In this document: positions 56,586-64,000 of the stretch, one piece after another
Layout: each line of letters begins with the position of its first letter
Numbering within the stretch: the first letter of the stretch is position 1
Assembly: GCA_963823665.1 (NCBI GenBank)
Contig: CAWGMQ010000004.1
Coordinates: forward strand, 1,952,001 to 2,016,000
Length of the DNA: 64,000 nt
Source of the DNA: an uncultured Planctomycetota bacterium
GTDB taxonomy: Bacteria > Planctomycetota > Planctomycetia > Isosphaerales > Isosphaeraceae
Direction: 5' to 3'
The notes under the pieces: generated by a model
The model's input: only the letters and a program-made list of their open reading frames with translations
Told to the model about the DNA's origin: nothing
The model's database searches: none
Made by a program: the position numbers and the translations under genes

Positions 56586-57656
56586 ATGATCAAAGTTCGA
56601 TGGTTGCTTGCAATACCTGTCATGCTGGCAGCAACACTGCTTGCCACAACAGGAGGAGTGCAGGCTGCGACCATTCGCGACCGCGGAGAAATGTTCAGTA
56701 AAGACGCGGTCTTGAAGGCCCAGACATTGCTCGACAAAGTCGAGAATTCGAGCGGCATTCCTATCGTGATCGAGACCATTGATGCAATCCCCGGTCTCGA
56801 TAAAAACACCTCGCCGGAGCAGCGACGTCACGCGATCGATGCCTTGGCGGTGGAGCGCGACCAAAAGATCCACGACCAGGGAATCTACATTCTGATGTCG
56901 AAGCGCGAGCACCTGATATCGCACGTGCTCGTGCGCCAGCGATTCACTGATGTGCTGCCGATCGGCAAGCGCGATGCGATTCGAGACGCGTTTGTGAGCG
57001 AGTTCAAGAAAGCCGACGGCTATGACGCTGGCCTGTTGAGCGGCGTGCAAGCCATCGAGAAGGCACTCGAGGGCGTATCCATCCACAGTGGCGGGCTCGC
57101 CACGCACCGCGGCGAGGTCGAACGAGTGCAGCACCGAGCAGAGGGCGGAAAAATGCCGGCTGGTCGTTCGACGTTGGGCACGTTTCTCATGATCCTCGTC
57201 GGAATCTTCGGCGTGCTGCTCGTGCTACGGCTCATCGGCGGAATGTTCCAGCGTCCGATCGGGTTATCCGGGTGCAGGTGGCATGGGCACGCCAGGCCAG
57301 GAATCGGAGGCGGATATTACGGCGGCCCCGGCTATGGCGGGCGTGGCGGCGGTTTCTTCTCCAGCATGCTCGGCGGCTTGGGCGGCGCCCTCGCCGGCAA
57401 CTGGCTGTACGACCAGTTCACGGGTGGCCGTCACGGCAATTACGGCTCGGCGGATGCAGGCCACGTTGCCGACTCCACAGGGGCTCCTGACCAGGGAGGA
57501 GATGCGATCGTCGGCGCAGACGACGATCCTGGCGGCGGGACATCATGGGATGACGCCGGCGGTGGTGGTGACGTCGGAGGTGGCGACTGGGGCGGAGGTG
57601 GCGACTGGGGCGGAGGCGGCGGCGGAGACTGGGGCGGAGGAGGAGGAGACTGGTAA
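56586..57656 (+). CDS. TPM (TLP18.3/Psb32/MOLO-1) domain membrane protein with Gly-rich tail
   Basis: Signal peptide, IRDRGEMFS, IVIETI, YDAGL, TM helix, (GGGDW)n tail. Confidence 0.8.
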   Translation: MIKVRWLLAIPVMLAATLLATTGGVQAATIRDRGEMFSKDAVLKAQTLLDKVENSSGIPIVIETIDAIPGLDKNTSPEQRRHAIDALAVERDQKIHDQGIYILMSKREHLISHVLVRQRFTDVLPIGKRDAIRDAFVSEFKKADGYDAGLLSGVQAIEKALEGVSIHSGGLATHRGEVERVQHRAEGGKMPAGRSTLGTFLMILVGIFGVLLVLRLIGGMFQRPIGLSGCRWHGHARPGIGGGYYGGPGYGGRGGGFFSSMLGGLGGALAGNWLYDQFTGGRHGNYGSADAGHVADSTGAPDQGGDAIVGADDDPGGGTSWDDAGGGGDVGGGDWGGGGDWGGGGGGDWGGGGGDW

Positions 57657-57789
57657 AGCACGCTAGAACCTTGCCCGCGGTCCCGTCTTGGTGATTCCTG
57701 GAGCGACCACTCCGTATGAGCCCGTTGCGGCTCCGGCGTGGTCGTTCGCATTTTAACTGACCTCTTGCCCGAGAAAGCCGAAGGAACGT

Positions 57790-58885
57790 ATGGACCGATT
57801 CCAGGCACGCCGCGATAAACTCAGATCGAGCATGGAGACCAACGGAAATCGATGCGTTCCTCGTACGAGCGACATCAAACGTGAGCTATCTGACCGGGTT
57901 TACCGGCGATTCTTCGGTGCTCCTGGTCGGAACCGAGCGAGACCTGATCATCTCGGATGGCCGCTTCACCACGCAGCTCGAGCAGGAGTGCCCGGGCCTT
58001 GAAGCGCACATCCGCTCGGCGGGAGAGGAGATGAATTCCGCCGTCGCGCGCGTGCTCAAAACGCTGGGGCTAAAGCAGGTAGGCTTCGAGTCCATTCACT
58101 GGAGCGTATCTGATCACCAGGCCTTGGACGCGGCCGTACCAGGCGTGGCGCTTGTCGGCTTGAGCGAACAGGTCGAGCTTCTGCGACAGATCAAGGACGG
58201 CGGCGAGATCGCCGCGATTCGCGAAGCCATCGAGTACGCCGAACGCGCGTTCCAGATGCTGCGAGCCGCAATGCGCGAAGGGGACACTGAAAAGGATGCC
58301 GCCGATGCACTCGAGTTGTACCTCCGCCGGTGCGGGGCGACAGGGTCCAGTTTCCCGCCGATTGTCGCAGTGGGTGTTAACTCGGCGATGCCGCACGCCC
58401 GGCCCACAACGACCACCCGGATCGGTCAGGATGATTTCGTGTTGATCGATTGGGGAGCAACTGGACATCCTTATAAAAGTGACTTGACGCGCGTTCTGGT
58501 CACAGGTAAGGTCACTCCGAAGTTCGAGGCGATCTATCGGATTGTCCTGAACGCTCTCGAGAGTGGAATCGCCGCCATCCGACCGGGCGTGAAAGCCCAC
58601 GAAGTCGACGCCGAAGCCCGCTCCGTGATCGAGGATGCAGGTTTCGGCCGTTTTTTTGACCACGGGCTTGGTCATGGGTTGGGGATGGACATTCATGAGG
58701 CGCCGCGGATTCGCAAGGGCTCGAACGTCGTGCTCGAGCCGGGTATGGTATTTACCGTCGAGCCCGGCATCTATCTCCCGGATTGGGGCGGAATCCGAAT
58801 CGAGGATGATGTGCTGGTGACTCCGGACGGCTGCGAGATTCTCTCGCACGTGCCGAGGTCACTCGACTCGGTTGGCATCGCATGA
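57790..58885 (+). CDS. Xaa-Pro aminopeptidase (M24 family), frameshift near 57846
   Basis: YLTGFTG, DGRF, SFPPIVA, PHA, IDWG, SDLTR, HGLGHGLG..IHEAP, TVEPGIY, GIRIEDD. Confidence 0.93.
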
Positions 58886-59000
58886 AAAACCGCCCGGGCC
58901 GATGCTGCTTTATACGGTAAGCCCATTTGCTCGCCTGTACGTTGGGCGGGGACGAGCCAGAAGAGGGCGGACTCGGGGTTTGCTGCTGCGGGGTAACTGA

Positions 59001-59510
59001 ATGGCCGAAGACCCGTCCGCTCCAAAAGCGCCGCTCGATGTCAACAAGGTGCATCAACTCGTACGCCTGATGCGACGATACGACCTCACCGCGCTTGACT
59101 TGAGCGACGGTGCCGTCCGCATTCGCTTGCGACGCCGCGGCGCTGACGCCCCCCAGGCTGCTCGCCCTCCGCATCCAGGCGTTTCCGCTGCGCCGGCCGC
59201 CATCCAGTCTGACTCACCGTCAGACGTCAGGCCCGATTCCGTACCAACGTCCGTTTCGGCCGCGCCCAAAACAATCGTGATCGAGAGCCCGATGGTCGGC
59301 ACCTATTTCTCTTCAAGCGCACCCGACGCTCCGCCGTTCGTATCAGTCGGATCGGTCGTCCATGCAGACTCAATTGTCTGCATCATCGAGGCGATGAAGG
59401 TCTTCACGGATATTCCGGCCGGCGTCTCCGGAACGATTGCTGCGATCTTGGTCAAAAACGGGCAACCCGTGGAGTTTGGTCAGCCTTTGTTCCGCTTGAT
59501 TCCTAGTTGA
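59001..59510 (+). CDS. accB: Acetyl-CoA carboxylase biotin carboxyl carrier protein
   Basis: SPMVGT, IEAMKV biotinylation motif, VEFGQPLF. Confidence 0.96.
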   Translation: MAEDPSAPKAPLDVNKVHQLVRLMRRYDLTALDLSDGAVRIRLRRRGADAPQAARPPHPGVSAAPAAIQSDSPSDVRPDSVPTSVSAAPKTIVIESPMVGTYFSSSAPDAPPFVSVGSVVHADSIVCIIEAMKVFTDIPAGVSGTIAAILVKNGQPVEFGQPLFRLIPS

Positions 59511-59655
59511 CCAGAGAGAAACCCTGGCGTGGTTGCAGCCTCATGCCGGCCCATCCGGCGGCAATTTCCATGCCTTTTCTTTCTCCGATGTCATCGCGTC
59601 GCCTTACGAAGCCGGATGGAATCAAACGTTCGCGTGTTTGAGGTGAAGCCCACCG

Positions 59656-61008
59656 ATGTTTCAACGGATCCTGGTGGCCAACCGCGGCGAAATCGCACTG
59701 CGGGTGATCCGCGCCTGCAAAGAGCTTGAAATCAAGGTCGTGGCGGTCTACTCTCAGGCCGACCGGGATGCAGCCTACCTGGCCTTCGCCGACCAGGCAA
59801 TTTGCATCGGCAAGAGCCAGAGCACCGACAGCTACCTGAATCGATCCCGGATCATTGCGGCAGCCGAGGTCGCCGACGCCCAGGCAATCCACCCGGGCTA
59901 CGGGTTCTTGAGCGAGAATCCCGACTTCGCCGAGGTTTGCCGCCTGAGCGGATTCGAATTCATCGGGCCGCCCCATGAGGCGATCCGCAAGATGGGCCTG
60001 AAGACCGAGGCCAAGAAGATCGCAGCAGCCGCGAAAGTCGCTTGCGTCCCGGGATCCGAAGGGGTCATTGCCAGTGAAACCCAGGCCATCTCCCTGGCCC
60101 GAGCCATCGGTTACCCTGTTCTGATCAAGGCAGCAGCCGGCGGCGGTGGCAAGGGAATGCGAGTTTGCCGCGATGAATCAAACCTGGCGGGCGCCCTTCA
60201 AACCGCCAGCTCCGAGGCCGAAGCTGCCTTCAAGAACGCCAGTGTTTATCTCGAGAAATTCATCGACCGGCCACGCCACGTTGAGGTCCAGATCCTGGCC
60301 GATTCGCACGGCGAAACCGTCTCTTGCTGGGACCGCGACTGTACCCTTCAGCGCCGCCATCAGAAACTCGTCGAAGAATCGCCTGCGCCAACCCTGCCGG
60401 CCAAGGTCCGCACCAAACTCTCCGAGGCCGCAGTTCGGTTGGCGAAAGCCGCCGGCTACGTGAATGCAGGCACCTGTGAGTTTCTGGTCGATTCGGACAA
60501 CAATTTCTACTTCATCGAGGTCAACGCCCGGATTCAGGTCGAACACCCGGTCACCGAAATGGTCACGGGCATCGATCTGGTGAAACAGCAGATCATGATC
60601 GCTGCCGGGGAACCCCTCCCGTTTCGCCAGAAAGACATCAACATCAGAGGTCATTCGATCGAATGCCGGATCAACTCCGAGGATCCTGAGCTCGACTTTC
60701 GTCCATCGCCCGGCAGAATTGCCGACCTCCGGCTGCCTGGGGGACCGGGAGTTCGGTGGGATTCCCATATTTATCCCGGGTATGTCGTCCCACCTTATTA
60801 CGACTCTCTCCTTGGCAAGTTGATCGTGCACGCTCCCACCCGAACTGAGGCCATCGCAACGATGCGCCGCGCACTAGACGAGTTGACGATCGAAGGCGTC
60901 CAGACCACCATTCCACTTCACCGCCGGATCTTTCGCAACGCCGACTTCATCGCCGGTCGCGTCGATACGACGTGGGTCGAACGCGTGTTGCTCGCGCAGA
61001 AGCCCTGA
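59656..61008 (+). CDS. accC: Acetyl-CoA carboxylase biotin carboxylase
   Basis: [49 protein letters not shown]. Confidence 0.97.
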   Translation: MFQRILVANRGEIALRVIRACKELEIKVVAVYSQADRDAAYLAFADQAICIGKSQSTDSYLNRSRIIAAAEVADAQAIHPGYGFLSENPDFAEVCRLSGFEFIGPPHEAIRKMGLKTEAKKIAAAAKVACVPGSEGVIASETQAISLARAIGYPVLIKAAAGGGGKGMRVCRDESNLAGALQTASSEAEAAFKNASVYLEKFIDRPRHVEVQILADSHGETVSCWDRDCTLQRRHQKLVEESPAPTLPAKVRTKLSEAAVRLAKAAGYVNAGTCEFLVDSDNNFYFIEVNARIQVEHPVTEMVTGIDLVKQQIMIAAGEPLPFRQKDINIRGHSIECRINSEDPELDFRPSPGRIADLRLPGGPGVRWDSHIYPGYVVPPYYDSLLGKLIVHAPTRTEAIATMRRALDELTIEGVQTTIPLHRRIFRNADFIAGRVDTTWVERVLLAQKP

Positions 61009-61384
61009 CTGACATCGTGCAGTGATCTGCATACCGCGCGGCAAGCACACGAACTGGGTGCATCCAACCAGATTCTATGCAGTGCGTCGGCCCAGAAAGT
61101 GCGCAAACACCGGCTCTTTTTTCCGCACGATCGGGACGTCCCTCCCGATTGACGCAGTGTCGCCAAAATGATGGACGATTCCTGGAAATTCACGCAAAAA
61201 ATCAGACGTTTTTGCAGATCGTTTCGGGAAAGGGATCATGCCGGCACGTCGGCTTCCGTCCCGATCGAGTGATCGAGCCGGCAGTCAACGAAGCGCGAAG
61301 GGCACGATTGTGTTGCCTGGCCACGACCGGCAGACCTGGATGAAACTGACCAGCATCTCACATTCAACCATTGAGAGACTTCCC

Positions 61385-62887
61385 ATGACGAGCACGAAAC
61401 CACGCACGAGTAAGCAACGGACTTCAAAGTTAGCACTCAACCCGATCGAGTCGATGCTAAAACTTGTCTCGTGCACGCAGCTTTCGCGCGGCACCGACGG
61501 CCGGCCGTTTGCCAGGGTCCCCGTCGAAGACCGGTTCGAATTCTACGAGCTCAAGTCTGCCGCATTTCGGAACTGGCTCGTGGATGTCTACGTTGAGCGA
61601 TGTGGCGAACCTCCCTCCAAGCTGGCGATCAGTCGCGTTGTCGCTGTCCTGGAAGCCCGCGCCCAGTTCCGAGGAATGATCCCGGCCGTTCATCTTCGAG
61701 TCGCCGGTGCAGGCAGTCGCGATGTTTTCTACCTCGACCTGGGTGATCTTGAGGGCAGGGCAGTCGAGATTCGCGCGTCGGGCTGGAAGGTCGTTCAACA
61801 TCCTGGTGTTTATTTCCGCCGGCCGGCCGGTATGCTGCCGCTCCCGATGCCTGAATCCGGTGGGACAATCAGCTTGCTCAGACCCTACGTCAATCTGGGC
61901 GAGGTTGATTTCCGCCTCTTCGTCGCCTGGATCACTGCCGCCATTCGACCCGATGGTCCCTATCCACCGCTGGTGCTTTACGGCGAACAAGGTTCGGCGA
62001 AATCCACGCTGGCGAGGGTCGCCAGGCTCTTGATCGATCCTCATTCCGCTCCGCTCCTTGGCGAGCCGTCGAGCGCCCGTGATCTGATGATCACCTCCGT
62101 CAGCAGTCGACTGTTGGCCTTCGACAATCTCGGAACTTTGCCGGGTTGGCTGTCCGACTGCTTTTGCCGGCTGGCGACCGGCGGCGGGCATGCCACTCGA
62201 TCGCTTTTCACCGACGATCAGATTACGTACATTCAAGCGCAGCGACCGATCATCCTCAACGGCATCGATGATTTCGTCAAGCGCGGCGACCTGATCGATC
62301 GATCGGTCTTCCTGAACCTCTCTCCCATTCACCCGTCGGACCGGCGTACCGAAAGCGAGATCTGGGCATCGTTTCAGTTCGACTACTCACGAATCCTGGG
62401 CAGCGTGCTCGACGCGGTCGTGCTCGGTCTGCGCATCCTTCCTTCAGTTGAGCTACCCGAAGTCTCGCGGATGGCCGACTTCAGCTACTGGGGAGAAGCC
62501 GTCGGTCGCGGACTTGGCTGGCCGGAACAGTCTTTCCGATCGGCCTATGCTCGAAACCGTCGCGTGGCCACTGACAACGCAATTGATGAGTCGGCGGTTG
62601 CCGAGGCACTTTTCCGGGTCGTTCCCCCCAGCCTGAAATGGAGCGGACCTACAGTCGAGCTGCATCGTCAGCTCACGGCGAGTGTCGGTAAAGCGATCGC
62701 GCTCTCGAGTCGCTGGCCCAAGCACGTCACGCGATTCTCCGGCGAGCTTCGTCGCCTGGCTCCCCAGCTCCGCGAGCGCGGGCTCTCGCTTGCGTTCAGC
62801 CGCAGTAGGGACCAGCGACTGGTCTCCCTGACATACGATAATGATTGGGCGTTCCGCCACCCGCATCGCAATTATCATGGGTCATGA
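61385..62887 (+). CDS. P-loop ATPase resembling helicase domains of phage/plasmid replication proteins
   Basis: YLDLGD..RAVEI..GW, LPLP.P..GG, Walker A-like GEQGSAKST, AFDNL, CRLATGGG..R.LFTD, ILNGI, RMADF; start codon uncertain. Confidence 0.7.
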   Translation: MTSTKPRTSKQRTSKLALNPIESMLKLVSCTQLSRGTDGRPFARVPVEDRFEFYELKSAAFRNWLVDVYVERCGEPPSKLAISRVVAVLEARAQFRGMIPAVHLRVAGAGSRDVFYLDLGDLEGRAVEIRASGWKVVQHPGVYFRRPAGMLPLPMPESGGTISLLRPYVNLGEVDFRLFVAWITAAIRPDGPYPPLVLYGEQGSAKSTLARVARLLIDPHSAPLLGEPSSARDLMITSVSSRLLAFDNLGTLPGWLSDCFCRLATGGGHATRSLFTDDQITYIQAQRPIILNGIDDFVKRGDLIDRSVFLNLSPIHPSDRRTESEIWASFQFDYSRILGSVLDAVVLGLRILPSVELPEVSRMADFSYWGEAVGRGLGWPEQSFRSAYARNRRVATDNAIDESAVAEALFRVVPPSLKWSGPTVELHRQLTASVGKAIALSSRWPKHVTRFSGELRRLAPQLRERGLSLAFSRSRDQRLVSLTYDNDWAFRHPHRNYHGS

Positions 62888-63132
62888 CACATCCACCGCG
62901 CCGATTCTGCCCACGGCGCGACCAGAAACATGGCGGGACGGAGCCCGCCTTCCTTCCAAGAACGCAAGCCCGCGGAGAGGAGAAGCCTGAATGACAACGG
63001 CGTGTCACCTGTGGTAGGCTGAGAATGTGAGTCGTGCGCACCACGGCGGGGAATCAAGCCCGATTGCTCTGCCGACCGTGGCGAGTTCCCTGAAGACCCG
63101 AGTCTCCCAGCACTCTAAAATGGATGGATCCC

Positions 63133-64000
63133 ATGAAGGTCGGCCTGCTCACCGGCGGCGGTGACTGCCCCGGCTTGAACGCCGTGATCCGCGCCGTCGT
63201 GCAACAGATTTCCAATGGCGGCGGGTCCTGCGTCGGCATCCTGGAAGGCTGGCGCGGGATGGTTCAGAATATGACCATGCCGCTCACGGTCACCCAGACT
63301 GACGGCATCATCGCCCAGGGGGGAAGTATCCTCGGGGCATCGCGGACCAATCCCTACCGTAATCCCGAGACCGAGCTTTCCCTGCTGCGCGAAAACTTTC
63401 TGCGGCTGGAGCTCGACGCTTTGATCGTCATCGGCGGTGACGACACCTTGGGAGTCGCGATTCGCCTCCACAATGACTTCCAGTTGCCGGTCGTGGGCAT
63501 ACCGAAAACGATCGACAACGACCTCATGGTGACCGATTTTTCGTTCGGATTCGACACCGCCGTGAACATCGTCATGGAAGCGGTCGATCGTCTGCGCACC
63601 ACGACGGAAAGTCACCGGCGGATCGTGGTTGTCGAGACGATGGGCCGGCAATCCGGCTGGATCGCCTGCTTTTCGGGCCTTGCTGTCGGGGCAGATTACA
63701 TTCTGGTGCCCGAGGTTCCGATCGACTTGCCACACCTGGTGAGCGTCTTGTCGAAACGCCGAGCTGCGGGCAAGAAGTACGGAATCGTGATCGTTGCCGA
63801 AGGCGCCAGGTTTCCCGACCGGGCTCCCTTCACGCTTGATGATCACCCGGACCCGTTTGGGAACCCCAGACTCGGAGGCATCGGCCACGTGATCGCCGAT
63901 GCGATTCACAGACAAACGGGAATCGAGACGCGTACAGCGGTTCTAGGCCACCTGCAGCGCGGTGGTCCGCCTAGCGCGTATGATCGCATCCTGGCCACCC
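63133..64000 (+). CDS. pfkA: 6-phosphofructokinase, probably PPi-dependent, 3' end outside window
   Basis: Absent from the ORF track (no stop in window); MKVGLLTGGGDCPGLNAVIR, IGGDDT, PKTIDND, FGFDTA, ETMGR, LGHLQRGG. Confidence 0.95.
   Translation, partial: MKVGLLTGGGDCPGLNAVIRAVVQQISNGGGSCVGILEGWRGMVQNMTMPLTVTQTDGIIAQGGSILGASRTNPYRNPETELSLLRENFLRLELDALIVIGGDDTLGVAIRLHNDFQLPVVGIPKTIDNDLMVTDFSFGFDTAVNIVMEAVDRLRTTTESHRRIVVVETMGRQSGWIACFSGLAVGADYILVPEVPIDLPHLVSVLSKRRAAGKKYGIVIVAEGARFPDRAPFTLDDHPDPFGNPRLGGIGHVIADAIHRQTGIETRTAVLGHLQRGGPPSAYDRILAT

Noticed and set aside
57555..57653. (GGGDW)n tandem repeat as a separate element
   Set aside because: Ordinary Gly-rich coding tail of a TPM-domain protein
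63115..63915. Long minus-strand ORF, and similar antisense ORFs such as 23466-24761 and 60178-60831
   Set aside because: Shadow ORFs of real genes on the opposite strand, expected in high-GC DNA

Overview
GC-rich bacterial chromosomal window that looks planctomycete-derived (inferred from a DUF1549/DUF1553 cytochrome plus DUF1501 pair, large ECF-sigma fusions and a transmembrane Ser/Thr kinase; Isosphaeraceae-like). The core is a roughly 20 kb archaeal-type tetrahydromethanopterin/methanofuran C1-transfer cluster at 8.9-28.7 kb. It holds ftr, mch, RimK-, CitG-, PTPS-, HisA-like, ATP-grasp, hydantoinase-like and kinase genes, and ends in a PQQ dehydrogenase. Two blocks interrupt it: a tandem pair of secreted Hint-domain proteins, and a very large secreted protein of unknown function with a partner gene. 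Downstream are algI/algJ-like acetylation genes, a scrambled toxin-antitoxin/small-gene patch, a beta-helix/diheme cytochrome pair, a REP-like doublet, lipB-lipA, ECF systems, M24 peptidase-accB-accC, an orphan mobile-element-type ATPase and a partial PPi-type phosphofructokinase. About 15 genes, including housekeeping ones, carry single-base frameshifts. These most likely reflect assembly errors, so split ORFs are merged. No rRNA, tRNA, CRISPR array, transposase or integrase was recognised. All family calls come from motif recognition by eye, not database searches.
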